Part shown: positions 12,343 to 24,924 of the stretch, one piece after another
Numbering within the stretch: position 1 is the stretch's first letter
How the letters are laid out: each line of letters opens with the position of its first letter
Origin: Octopus vulgaris
Taxonomy: Eukaryota
Assembly: GCA_951406725.2 (NCBI GenBank)
Contig: OX597819.1
Span: 13,330,001-13,394,000 of the forward strand
Direction of reading: 5' to 3'
DNA length: 64,000 nt
The notes under the pieces: model-generated
Seen by the model: the letters and a program-made list of their open reading frames with translations, nothing else
Database searches by the model: none
Told to the model about the DNA's origin: nothing
Translations under genes and position numbers: made by a program

Positions 12343-12741
12343 TCTTTTACTTGTTTCAGTCATTTGACTGCGGCCATGCTGGAGCACCGCCTTTAATCGA
12401 GCAACTTGACCCCGGGACTTATTCTTTTGTAAGCCCAGTACTTATTCTATTGGTCTCTTTTGCAGAACCGCTAAGCAACGGGGACATAAACACACCAGCA
12501 TCGGTTGTCAAGCAATGCTAGGGGGACAAACACAGACATACAAACACACACACGCATACATATATATACATATATACGACGGGCTTCTTTCAGTTTCCGT
12601 CTACCAAATCCACTCACAAGGCTTTGGTCGGCCCGTGGCTATAGTAGTAGACACTTTCCCAAGGTGCCACGCAGTGGGACTGAACCCGGAACCATGCGGT
12701 TGGTAAATAAGCTACTTACCACACAGCCACTCCTGCGCCTA
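12343..12741 (-). mobile_element. SINE family A (young, CpG-rich)
   Basis: Full-length homology. Confidence 0.9.
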
Positions 12742-12892
12742 TAAGTGTGGATTTAAAAAAAAAAAAAAAAAAAAGGAAATTTGACTGCTATTTCTAGCTG
12801 ATTGAATGACTGCATAGAGCAGCGCTGATTGTCCCCTTAGGGCTGCTGCAAGTTCACAGAGTTGTAGAAATTGGAAATGTTGAATGTTTAAG

Positions 12893-13113
12893 CCCTTTCC
12901 TTACCATTTTTCTGTAGAAATCCACTACTTTTGTTTCAGTTAATTTTTAAAATAATGAAGACTTTGGTAAAATAATTCAGTTATTATTAAGTTGGCATCT
13001 GGAAGATAAATTGTCATGAAATTATGAGGGACTGTTTTAATTTCGATCACTTTAAAAGAAGGTTGTATCATAGAACTAGGAGCAGTTTCCAGAAGGGATT
13101 TGTATCAAAAGGG
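12893..13113 (+). mobile_element. Older relative of piggyBac-type MITE family 1
   Basis: CCCTTT...AAAGGG termini with diverged internal homology. Confidence 0.6.
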
Positions 13114-13427
13114 TTTAAAGGCTCATAGGTTTTCTTAGAATATTCAAACCAGGTAAAATATTTATAGATTAAACACATCCCCTCACCCCCAAAAAACAAA
13201 CTTTTCTTGGGTTGAAATGTGAGGTACGTTTAAACAATTGTGAAGATCTCTTCACATGAAACCATCGGTTTCCTCATTCACCACAAACAAAAATATATTT
13301 ATCCACCAATGCAGTGTTGAGCACTCATTCTCACTTCAATATTAGCATGTGTGTGTGTATGTATGTATGTGTGTGTGTGTGTGTATATATACACACACAC
13401 ACATACATACACCTGCTAATATTGAAC

Positions 13428-14030
13428 AGTGAGAAAGGTTGGATATAAGAAGCCTCAGATGTGGTGTGCAAGTGAGATGACTGTGCTTGTATGGTCATGC
13501 GATGCGTATGGATGAGGACAGAGGTATGGAGAAGTGTCACACCCTAACTGTGGAGGGAACCTGTGGAAGAGGTAGACCCAGGAAAACATGGGATGGGGTG
13601 GTGAACATTGGGCCTCACTGAGGCAATGACAAGCGACTGACTTTTGGAGATATGCCGTGCTTGAGAAGACCCAGCAAACCAAATAAGACCGTAACCGTGA
13701 CTGATGCCAGTGTTGCATAACTGGGCCATTTAAAAACACCCTTCAAATGTTGGGCAATATGCTGTGCTTGTGAAGACCTGTTGAACCAAGTGAAATCATA
13801 GTCATGGTCAATCCCAGTGCCACCTGACTGGCTCCCGTGCCTGTGGCACGTAAAAGCACCCACTACACTCTTGGAGTGGTTGGCATTAGGAAGGGCATCC
13901 AGCTGTGGAAACCTTGCCAAATCAGATTGGAGCCTGGTGTAGCCTCCCAGTTTGCCAGTCCTCAGTCAAACTGTCCGACCCATGCTAGCATGGAAAGCAG
14001 ACGTGAAACGACGACAACAACAAAGATGGT
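13428..14030 (+). mobile_element. 5'-truncated RTE-clade LINE (family F) with long 3' UTR
   Basis: Degenerate translation YGHAMRMDEDRGMEKCHTLTVEGTCGRGRPRKTW resembles an RTE ORF C-terminus. It is followed by GTGGCACGTAAAAGCACC, AGGAAGGGCATCCAGCTGT and CCATGCTAGCATGG. Relatives: 51655-52028, 59262-59885, and short 3' pieces at 21123, 43316, 47206, 52860, 55070. Confidence 0.8.
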
Positions 14031-14036
14031 GATGCT

Positions 14037-14200
14037 GGCACAGGAGTGGCTGTGGTAAGAAGCTTGCTTACCAAACACATGGTTCCGGGTTCAGTCCCAC
14101 TGCATGGCACCTTGGGCAAGTGTCTTCTACTATAGCCTCAGGCCGACCAAAGCTTTGTGAGTGGATTTGGTAGACGCAACCTGAAAGAAGCCTGTCGTAA

Positions 14201-14253
<53 letters not shown>

Positions 14254-14466
14254 GTGAGTGTGTCTGTGTTTGTTCCCCCAACATTGCCTGACATTCGATG
14301 CTGGTGTGTTTACGTCCCCGTAACTTAGCGGTTTGGCAAAGAGAGACCGATGGAATAAGTACTAGGCTTACAAAGAATAAGTCCTGGGGGTTGATTTGCT
14401 CGACTAAAAAGGTGTTGCTCCAGCATGGCCGCAGTCAAATGACTGAAACAAGTAAGAGTAAAAGAA
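14037..14466 (+). mobile_element. SINE family A
   Basis: Full-length homology. Confidence 0.9.
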
Positions 14467-14468
14467 TG

Positions 14469-14501
<33 letters not shown>

Positions 14502-15232
14502 GATACACACTCTGTAAAGTGGTTGATATTAGGAAGGGCATTAATCAGGTATAGAAGCCATAACAAAGCAAAGAGCTGAGCTTGAACAAAGAGCTGAGCT
14601 TGAAGTAGATCTTCCCAACTTTCATATCATTTATTGACATAATGGAACTGCAGGAGTGTTCTCTTGACACCAACTTACATTCATAAATAAATTGCTTTGT
14701 TTTAGCTTTTTATTTCTTTATTCAAAGTTCCATTTACAGTCATAGTTTGGGTGAGGTGGGGGTGTGTGGTGGTGGTGGTGGGGGAGTATCACCAAAAGGA
14801 ATTTCTACTTTGATTTATTTTTCGTTTTGTTTCAAGTGATTGGAGCATGACTGTATTACAAAACTACCCTTCTAGAGATTTCCATGAATTCTATTGACTC
14901 CACCAAATGCTTAGTGCAAGTTCTTTATTGATATTAGAAGGGAGAAAGGTAAAAACCAACCGAGCTATACATATATATACGAATATGTATATGTATGTAT
15001 GTATGTATATAAATATATGTATAGGTGCGGAAGTGGCTGTGTGGTAAGAAGCTTGGTTCCCAACCACATGGTTCTGGGTTCTGTCCCACTGCATGGCACC
15101 TTGGGCAAGCGTCTTCTACTATAGCCTCGGGCTGACCAAAACCTTGCGAGTGGGTTTGATAGACGGAAACTGAAAGAAGCCCATTGTATATATATATATA
15201 TATATGTGTATGTGTGTGTGTGTGTATGTATA

Positions 15233-15264
<32 letters not shown>

Positions 15265-15265
<1 letters not shown>

Positions 15266-15435
15266 ATATAATTAATTAAAAAGACAAGAAAAAAATCAAC
15301 AATGTGAAGACGTGGTACATGCAAAGTATTAATGGGATTGTTTACATTTCGAGCAAAGCTCTTCTTCAGAAACAGGAGACTGAAGAATGTCCAAGAGAAA
15401 AGGAAGAAGGAGGGAAAAAAAAATCGCCAACAATA
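15265..15435 (-). mobile_element. Penelope-like fragment with hammerhead motif
   Basis: The - strand reads tgttt-CTGAAGA-A-gagc(ttt)gctc-GAAA-TG-TA-aac (~15339-15374). It lies between TA/TG tracts. Confidence 0.55.
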
Positions 15436-16254
15436 TTTATATATATTCTTTTATTCTTTTACTTGTTTCAGTCATTTTGACTGCAGCCATGCTGGAGCAC
15501 CACCTTCAGTTGAACAACTTGACCCCAGGACTTATTCTTTGTAAGCCTAGTACTTATTCTATCAGTTTCTTTTGCCGAACTGCTAAGTTACGGGGACGTA
15601 AACACACCAGCATCAGTTGTCAAGCGATGTTGGGGGGGGCAAACATATACACGCACATACATACATACATACATATATATATATACATATGCATTTATGT
15701 ATGTGTGTGTTTGTGTTTGTCCCCCAGCACCACCACCACCACCACTACCACCATAGCTTGACAACTGATGTTGGTGTGTGTTTACATCCCCGTAACTTAG
15801 TGGTTCAGCAAAAGAGACCAATAGAATTAGTGATATACTTACAAAGAATAAACTCCAGGGGTTGATTTCTATAACTAAAACACAGTGCTCCAGCATGGCC
15901 GCAGTTAAATGACTGAAACAAAAGAATGATGGTTTCTACAAATGAATGAACTGACCTGCAGTATAGAGACCAGTTCAACATTTGTACAACCCTGGGCCGT
16001 CTTTCAGCATTGATCTAAAGAAAGAGTGGGTGGGAAGTATTGGAATGTTGTGTGGGAGTGCAGACTGTACATTGGTGTTACCAGTCAGGTGTGTGGATGT
16101 ACAGGTGTGTATAGCCAGGAATCAATTGACTATGGTTCACTTGAATGAACAAGATATGTTAAAGTTGCCAGTTTGTATAGAACTGCTACTATTTTAATAG
16201 ATCTAGAATTATATGTTTTAGATTTTTTTGTAAATATATATATTTATATTTCTT

Positions 16255-16619
16255 TTATTACCTCCGCCTTAGTGCAAGCAGAGGTTTTGTTTTCGGTCAC
16301 GTTTGTTTGTCCTTGGACAAGATATCTCAAGAACCGCTGGATGGATTTGGATGAAATTTCCAGGGCTATTTGACCTCATGACTGGCACGAAGTGATTAGA
16401 TTTGGGGATCAATCCGGTACCAGACAAGGATTCTGGATTATTTTTCCTGTTTTTTTACTTAATTTTTGAGAGCGGTTGAGTTCATTTTTAGTATTCTCGA
16501 TTGTGAGAGCAGTCGAGTTTATTTCAGATATCCTCATTTTAAAAATCATCTCTGGCTAATCATTGAGAGGACATTGATGTTGCCTTGGTGGAGGTTTGCA
16601 CTCTCTGAGTGCTTCTGTT
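16255..16619 (+). mobile_element. Helentron-associated non-autonomous element (HINE/DINE-1-like)
   Basis: TTATTACCTCCGCC start, subterminal inverted repeat GGTGGAGG, 3' stem-loop GCACTCtctGAGTGC and T-rich flanks. Confidence 0.7.
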
Positions 16620-16977
16620 GTAATTATTATTATTATTATTATTATTATTTATTATTATTGTTGAGATTAACCATGGCTTTCATCCTTTTGGGGTCAATAA
16701 AATAAATACCAGTTAAACACTGAGGTTCATGTAATCAATTAGCCCCCCCCCCTCCCCTTTAAAATTTCAAGCCTTGTGCCTATTGCAGAAAAGATTGCTA
16801 TCATTAGTAGCTATGATAATATTCCGCCAAGGTCAACTTTGCCTTTCATCCTTTCGGGGTCGATAAATTAAGTACCAGTTACGCACTGGGGTTGATCTAC
16901 TTGACTGGCCCCCTCCCCACAAGTTTCTGGTCTTGTGTCTATAGTAGAAAGGATTATTAGTTATGAGAATGAAACAA

Positions 16978-17385
16978 AGGCGCAGGAGTGGCTGTGTGGT
17001 AAGTAGCTTGCTAACCAACCACATGGTTCCGTGTTCAGTCCCACTGCGTGGCATCTTGGGCAAGTGTCTTCTGCTATAGCCCCGGGCTAGCCTTGTGAGT
17101 GGATTTGGTAGACGGAAACTGAAAGAAGCCTGTCGAATATATGTATATATATATAAGTGTGTGTGTATATGTTTGTGTGTCTGTGTTTGTCCCCCTAGCA
17201 TTGCTTGACAACCGATGCTGGTGTGTTTATGTCCCCGTCACTTAGCGGTTTGGCAAAAGAGACCGATAGAATAAGTACTGGGCTTACAAAGAATAAGTCC
17301 CGGGGTCGATTTGCTCGACTAAAGGCGGTGCTCCAGCATGGCTGCTGTCAAATGACTGAAACAAGTAAAAGAGTAAAGAGTAAAG
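16978..17385 (+). mobile_element. SINE family A
   Basis: Full-length homology. Confidence 0.9.
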
Positions 17386-17969
17386 ATGGCTGAGGTAGAA
17401 GAGAGCTGTATTTTTTGTTTTTCCAAATGTCCTCTGCCTTGAGTATTACTGGTATTTTGTAAATATGATATAAAAAAAATAACAAACAACAAATCAACAG
17501 TTGCTCTCTCTCTCACCCCCCCACCCACCCCCCACTGCACATAAACACTTGAGTTGTTATCTGTCCTACTCAACAACAAGCACTACTTAACTGATTATCA
17601 ACAGAGATAATAATAGATTATTCAAATACCAAAGCAGAAATAATTCATGAGGTTTACAAAATATAAACAATGATGTATCCATTTTTAATACGCTCTGGCA
17701 GATTTGAATGTGAATATCTGATCACTGTTGTGTTTTCGTCATCAGAGAACACCTCCTCCCCTTAGATGATGTGTGCCCATAACACGTGATTCATTAGCTA
17801 AAGGCAACTTTGAGATGCCATGGAATTTTGATAACATTATTGTTTGGACTTTTGCTGTTCTTCCTGCACCCCATAATTTATTTTCTGTTTGGCACATATC
17901 AGCCCCCCCCCCAATTTTTTTTTTTTTGATTTCTATAAACAAGTCCCACTGTTCTTATTTAGATTCCTA

Positions 17970-18362
17970 TAGACGCAGGAGTTGCTGTGTGGTAAGTAGC
18001 TTGCTTACCAACCACATGATTCCAGATTCAGTCCCACTGCGTGGCACCTTGGGCAAATGTCTTCTACTATAACCTCGGGCTTACCAAAGCCTTGTGAGTG
18101 GATTTGGTAGACGGAAACTGAAAGAAGCCCATCGTATATATATATATGTATGTATATGTTTTTGTGTAAGTGTTTGTCCACCCAACATCGCTTGACACCA
18201 ATGCTGGTGTGTTTACGTCCTTGTCACTTAGTGGTTTGGCAAGAGAGACCGATAGAATAAGTACTAGGCTTACAAAGAATAAGTCTTAGGGTCGATATGC
18301 TTGACTAAAGGCGGTGCTCCAGGATGGCTGCAGTCAAATGACTGAAACAAACGAATAAAAGA
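17970..18362 (+). mobile_element. SINE family A
   Basis: Full-length homology. Confidence 0.9.
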
Positions 18363-18569
18363 ATTCATCGATCTGGGGGTAGCTTTGACTGAGGGTGAAA
18401 CCCCATGGTGTCTCACCCCACTCCTACGTCAGTGAATCGTGTGTTATGCACACATGTTGTTTAAAGGGAAGAGATGTACTTCAGTGAGAAAAGACGATGA
18501 TCAGATATTCATGCTTGATTCTGCCAGAACCAAAAGGTAAACTGAAGCAGCAACAAAGAATTATGCAGA

Positions 18570-19402
18570 GGCCCAAATGCATACTAAGTTCCCAGCAACT
18601 CTAATGGTTCTGGGAGATGTCATGCCTCCCCATCACAGTTTTTCACAGGGCTTAAGAGGCAATGCTGCTGTCTACACAGATGTGTTAGAGAAAGTTGTGA
18701 GGCCTTGGATAGACAAAGTATGCAATGGAGGACCGTGCGTCTTCCAACAAGACTCTGTGCAGTCTCATAATGCTAGGAGAACCCAAGTGTAGATGTGTGC
18801 TAATTTCCATGATCCTGTTCTTCCAGACACATGACCTCTAAGCTCGCCAGACCTCAATCCACAGGACTCTATTACATATGGAATCTAGTCAAAAGAGAGG
18901 ACAACAACCCTTTAGTATTTAAACCAGCCATATCCGGCCAAAATAGTTAATCTGTTTTATGTTCAAACTGACCAGATCCAGGCTCTCACACCTACCCTAC
19001 AATGTTATTCTACATTAGATAATTACACCATCAAGATCTTGAAGATATGAGATAATGCATAATTAATTCAAATCAATGTTAATCAATAAGCATTATGCTT
19101 GATAGAATAATCTGAACACTAAAGGGATAATCCCCCCCCCATTCCACCACATAATCTCTCAAGTCTGCTATAACCAACATTTTGTCCAAAATTGATAAAG
19201 ATCATCTCCTTCAGACATGTCAACGCTTCCAACCTTGTTTTGAAGCAGCCATTGATGCTAGCAGCAGATTCATTGAATAGGTGTGATTAAAGGATCCTCA
19301 AGATTATTTCTAGCAACTTGTTTCCAAATACAGCTTTTCTTTGATAAGCATTTCTTGTCTAAATTCATACAAATGACCTCAAAAAGCCTGATACGCCCTG
19401 TA
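18570..19402 (+). pseudogene. Tc1/mariner (DD37D/maT-like) transposase relic with right end
   Basis: TKFPATLMVLG...VVRPWID...VFQQDS..SH...SSPDLNP, then, after a MITE, SLKSAI...DKDHLLQTCQRFQPCFEAAIDASSRFIE*. The terminus is CGCCCTG|TA. Confidence 0.8.
18908..19126 (+). mobile_element. piggyBac-type MITE family 2
   Basis: CCCTTTAGT...ACTAAAGGG TIRs. Paralogs at 37185-37783 and 49125-49342. Confidence 0.8.
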
Positions 19403-20060
19403 CACCTCTAAACACAACCACAGGCCAGTTCTGTTTCTCCCTCGCTCTTACTTTCACCCAGTCACAACACACACACACACACATTGTCAGGAATCAACTC
19501 ACAACTGATTACTATTCTCTCTAAGTTTTGGGCAATCCAAGAGGAAAAGATAGCTGAGACTACCATAAAGTTATCTAAGCAAGAATGTCCAATGAGAATT
19601 TCACAGTGTTGGCTCATACCTTCATCTTGTGTGGCTTGAAACTATTTGGGCAGCGTCTTAGAACAGCCATTTAAAGATTTACTGACAGACAGACAGACAT
19701 ATTCACAGTTCTCTTTTAAATAGTTGAATGTTTGAAAATATTTGCAATGGTTATATGACAACTCTTGAAAATGTCTTCTTGCTCTGTCTCTTCTCCTTCA
19801 TCTACAAGAAACAATCACTCGACATTTCCCTATATCCTACTTATACATGAACACCTAAAACCCTGAAAAGTTGCTATAAATACTAACCCTAACCCTAACT
19901 GAATGATCTGAGATGGCAAACAGCAGACTTACACATGACTTGTTGTGAGATCTGCAGCTTAAAGATTCCTCTTAAAGCTCAGAAACTAGTTCAGTTTTCA
20001 TTGCTCAATGCTGATTCCCTCCAAATCTCAAGTGTAACCATATTAGAGCATGGCTCTCTT

Positions 20061-20358
20061 GTTTGTTCCTTCTCGAGCCATGCCTGGCTCATAAGGGCCG
20101 GTTTCCCGGTTTCCTTGGCGTATAGGTTCTCCACCTGGACGGGACGCTGGTCCATCGTAGGTGAGCTGCAAGATGCAGGAGGAAAAAGTGAGAGAAAGTT
20201 GTGAAAGAGTCAGCAGAAGTTCACCCTTACCTTCTGCCAGAACTGCATGCGGCTTAGGTGTTTTGCTCATAAACACACACATCGCTCGGTCTGAGATTCA
20301 AACCCACAATCCCTCGACCGCTAGTCCGCTGCTCTAACCACTAGGCCATGTTCCTCCA
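20061..20358 (-). mobile_element. tRNA-derived SINE family D
   Basis: Same head as family C with a different tail (CACCTACGATGGACCAGCGTCCCGTCCAGG). TSD CATGG(C/T)TCTCTT. Confidence 0.85.
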
Positions 20359-20683
20359 CATGGTTCTCTTATATGAGATGGAACTGCCACTATGTCCACA
20401 TTAAAGTTGTGGTCAACTCAGAAACGCTGTAGCCACATGAGATAAGGAGGAAGCTTGTACATTGTCATTTGATCTACAAGTGATAGCAGCCAAAACTACC
20501 TCAAACCACAATGTATCCCCGTCTAAAAAGGAGGACATATTAGATAGTGCAGTTTGGAAAGACAGGTTGATCATGGCTAGAATGTCATTGCCAACAATGG
20601 ATCTGACCAATCAAGCATGATCTATGACTAAACAATAATAAAAATTTGGTTCGATTACAAGAACAGTGAAGTGTGTGTGTGTA

Positions 20684-21053
20684 GTCCTACTGCATGGCAC
20701 CTTGAGCATGGTCTTTTACTATAATCCTGAGCTGGCTAAAGTCTTGTGAATAGATTTGATGGATGGAAACTGAAAGAAGCTTGTCATAAATGTTATATAT
20801 GTATGTATATAGATGTCTGTGTGTGTGTCCTTGTCTTGACATGATAGTTGTATCATTGTTATACAAGCAGTGTCGTTCGTTTCCAGTAGTCTTCTGTGAA
20901 AATCTGTCTGGCCTTGGGAGAAATATTATCTTGCCTGGAAACAAGTGAAGGTTGGCAACAGGAAAGGCATCTAGCCACAGAAAATCTACCTCAATGAACT
21001 CTGTCGGAGCCATGCGAGCATGGAGAAGTGGATGTTAGAACAATGATGATGAT
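20684..21053 (+). mobile_element. SINE family A' (family A head, RTE-type tail)
   Basis: Family A core followed by AGGAAAGGCATCTAGCC...CCATGCGAGCATGG...(GAT)n. A partial duplicate is at 21949-22228 and another copy at 40322-40920. Confidence 0.7.
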
Positions 21054-22552
21054 ATATTGGTCAGCAGGTGACCAGTTTCATTTGAGCTGAGAATCACCAG
21101 ACTGTGAGAATTAAGGAAGATAATCATCATCATCATCATTTAGCATCCGCTTTCCATGCTAGCATGGGTTGGACGGTTCAATTGGGGTCTGTGAAGCCAG
21201 AAGGCTGCATCAGGCCCAGTCTGATCTGGCAGTGTTTCTACGGCTGGATGCCCTTCCTAACGCCAACCACTTCGTGAGTGTAGTGGGTGCTTTTTACATG
21301 CCACCCGCACAGGTGCCAGACGGAGCTGGCAAACGGCCACGGACGGATGGTGCTTTTAACGTGCCACTGGCACGGAGGCCAGTCGGGGCAGCGCTGGCAA
21401 CGGCCACGATCGGATGGTTCGCTTACTTGTCACCGGCACTGGTATCACAGCTGCAATTTCCATTGATGTTGATTGACTTCGATTTTGGTTCTGCTTTCTG
21501 ATATCTGATTTGATTTGGTTTGATTTTGATTTGTTTCTTTATAATCAGTTGGTTGTCTGTGTTGTGTAGTGATGGGGGAAGGAGGTGAAATTTGTTTCCT
21601 AATTGGGGAAAGGAGTAATGTTTAAAGAAAAATGGTCAGCAGGTGGCGTTCTTTGTGTAGAAGCAAATATTTTAAAAATACTTTGAGTAGTTTAAAAATT
21701 GGATTGAAAGACAGAAATATTCAGGTGAATAAAAGCCATTAATATAAAAATTGGATGACAAAATACAAAGTAAAATGATATAAAATAGATACAGAATTAA
21801 GTTATAGAAGAGGAGAATAATTTGATGTGAGACGTGGAGTGTTTGGTAAAACGGTAACAACAGAGGTTTGTGAGAGAAAGGAAGTGGGGTGCGGAATTAT
21901 TAGTAATTTGTATTTTGGTTGAATTATAAGAACTCTGAGTGTGTATACAGTCCTACTGCATGGCACCTTGAGCATGGTCTTCTACTATAATCCTGAGCTG
22001 ACTAAAGTCTTGTGAATAGATTTGATGGATGGAAGCTGAAAGAAGCCGGTCGTAAATGTTATATATGTATGTATATAGATGTGTGTGTGTGTGTCCTTGA
22101 CTTGATATCTTATGCTAGTTGTAAATGAGTGTCACTGTTATATAAGCAGTGTCGTTTATTTCCAGTAGTCTTCTGTGAAAATCTGTCTGGCCTTGGGGGA
22201 AATATTATCTTGCCTAGAAACAAGTGAGTTTCATACATGTGTGTGTGTGTGTGTGTGTGTGTATAAAACTGGCATTCTGTTGGTTATGATGAATAGAATT
22301 GCAGTTGATCCAATGAAGGAAACATCCTGCTCATGAAATTAATGTATTTTGGTTGAATCCTGTTGGTGTGTATGTGTGTGTGTTGTGTTCCCTACAACCC
22401 ATTGAAAACTGGTTGGTTGTTTACATCCTCATAACTTAACAGTCCAACAAAAGAGCCTGATATAAGTACTGGGGGAAGTTTGACTAGAATTCTTCAGTGT
22501 TGCCCCAGCATGGAATGCATCTCCAAGTTACCAGCAGTAGGATGTTAAACAT

Positions 22553-22599
22553 CTCTTTCTTCTCACTTTCTCCCCCTCTCTCTTTCTCCTTCTCTCTTT

Positions 22600-22631
<32 letters not shown>

Positions 22632-23045
22632 TTCTCCCTCTCTCTCTTTCTCCCTCTCTCTCTTTCTCCCTCTCTCTCTTTCTCCCTCTCTCTTTCTCCC
22701 TCTCTCTTTCTCCTTCTCTCTTTCTCCCTCTCTCTTTCTCCCTCTCTCTTTCTCCCTCTCTCTTTCTCCTTCTCTCTTTCTCCTCTCTTTCTCCTTCTCT
22801 CGTTCTCCCTCTCTCTTTCTCCTTCTCTCTTTCTCCCTCTCTCTCTTTCTCCTCTCTCTTTATCCCTCTCTCTTTCTCCTTCTCTCTTTCTCCTTCTCTC
22901 GTTCTCCTTCTCTCGTTCTCCCTCTCTCTTTCTCCTCTCTTTCTCCCTCTCTCTCTCTTTCTCCCTCTCTCTCTCTCTTTCTCCGTCTCTCTCTCTTTCT
23001 CCATCTCTCTCTTTCTCCCTCTCTCTCTTTCTCCCTCTCTCTCTT

Positions 23046-23076
<31 letters not shown>
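22553..23076. repeat. ~520 bp compound CT-rich microsatellite
   Basis: Almost pure pyrimidine on the + strand, with CTCTCTTTCTCC-type units. Confidence 0.95.
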
Positions 23077-23459
23077 ACTGTGGCAATACTATCTAATTCA
23101 ACAGTGATGTCGGCGTAATTCCTCACCTTTCCATCTCACATCTATACAACACATTCCTTTACTGTGTCAGTTATTAGTACACTAATTTTTGTCATAGAAA
23201 ATTATGCCAGGCTTATTATCTGCTATTTCTTCACTCTTCATATGTTAAAATTCCATTGTCATTTTCTCATTATGATTAATATGTAATTAGTCTATCCATG
23301 TCATCAATAATGATGTTAAATACTTCAAATTATTAACAATATTAAAATAACATAAATTTGCAATATTACTGGAATGTCCTTTCATTTACCATTTCTTCAG
23401 AAGTAGAACCAGTTAGCTGCAAATGTGAGGTTCTGGGATATATTTGTTATCGTATTTGT

Positions 23460-23872
23460 TAGGCGCAGGAGTGGCTGTGTGGTAAGTAGCTTGCTAACAA
23501 ACCACATGGTTCCGGGTTCAGTCCCACTGCGTGGCATCTTGGACAAGTGTCTTCTGCTATAGCCCCGGGCTGACCAATGCCTTGTGAGCGGATTTGGTAG
23601 ATGGAAACTGAAAGAAGCCTGTCGTATATATGTATATATATGTATATATGTGTATGTGTGTGTGTGTGTGTGTGTGTGTTTGTCCCCCTAGCATTGCTTG
23701 ACAACCGATGCTGGTGTATTTACGTCCCCGTCACTTAGCGGTTTGGCAAAAGAGACCGATAGAATAAGTACTGGGCTTACAAAGAATAAGTCCCAGGGTC
23801 GATTTGCTCGATTAAAGGCAGTGCTCCAGCATGGCCACAGTCAAATGACTGAAACAAGTAAAAGAGTAAAGG
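23460..23872 (+). mobile_element. SINE family A
   Basis: Full-length homology. Confidence 0.9.
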
Positions 23873-24120
23873 AGTACCCTCAAACAGCAGAGACCTCTGC
23901 TAATTGTATGACGAGCATTACTCACGAGACATTTGACTTTAACCATTTTGCCATTGCTGATTCACTACTGACATCAGACAGTTTAACATTTCTCACTACC
24001 TCTCCTTCCCTCACTCCTGTTTTTATGTGAGTATATTTCAATTTATACGTATGAGGAGAGGGAAAACGTTTATATCAATTATGTTCAGTTAAATTGTAAT
24101 CACTCTCTCTCTCTCTCTTT

Positions 24121-24705
24121 CTTACTGCTTTACTGCCCACAAGGGGCTATACACAGAGGGGACAAACAAGGACAGACAAACGGATTAAGTCGATTATATT
24201 GACCCCAGTGCATAACTGGTACTTATTTAATCAACCCTGAAAGGATGAAAGGCAAAGTTGAAGTCGGAGGGATTTGAACTCAGACGAAATACCTATTTCT
24301 TTACTACCCACAAGGAGCTAAACATAGAGGGGACAAGCAAGGACAGACAAACAGATTAAGTCGATTATATCGACCCCAGTGCATAACTGGTACTTATTTA
24401 ATCAACCCTGAAAGGATGAAAAGCAAAGTTGAACTCGGAGGGATTTGAACTCAGAACGTAGCGACAGACGAAATACCTATTTCTTTACTACCCACAAGGG
24501 GCTAAACGTAGAGGGGACAAGCAAGGACAGACAAACAGATTAAGTCGATTATATCGACTCCAGTGCATAACTGGTACTTATTTAATCGACCCTGAAAGGA
24601 TGAAAAGCAAAGTCGACCTCGGCGGAAGTTGAACTCAGAACGTAGCGGCAGACGAAATACTGCTAAGCATTTCGCCCAGCATGCTAACATTTCTGCCAGC
24701 TCACC
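24121..24705 (-). mobile_element. SINE family B, tandem trimer
   Basis: One full head plus two head-truncated units joined at AAAGAAATAGGTATTTCGTCTG. Confidence 0.85.
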
Positions 24706-24924
24706 TCTCTCTCTCTATCTGTATGAGTGCATTTCTTCTGTGTGTTGGCCTCCAGTGTCAAAGAGTTCTGTCACTGAATGTCCAGCTGGTCACACCAAGT
24801 CATCAGCAACCAAACAACTCCACTCAACCCTTTGTTTCTGATTTATGTGAGCCCTTAAAAAGACCATTCCCATCTTATTGGATATGACAGCCAGTCTCTA
24901 TGACAACAACCACTGAAACACTCG

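Noticed and set aside
19883-19899. Interstitial telomere (CCCTAA)n
   Set aside because: Only about three units.
22497-23126. Long SL-rich and RE-rich ORFs
   Set aside because: Translations of a CT microsatellite.
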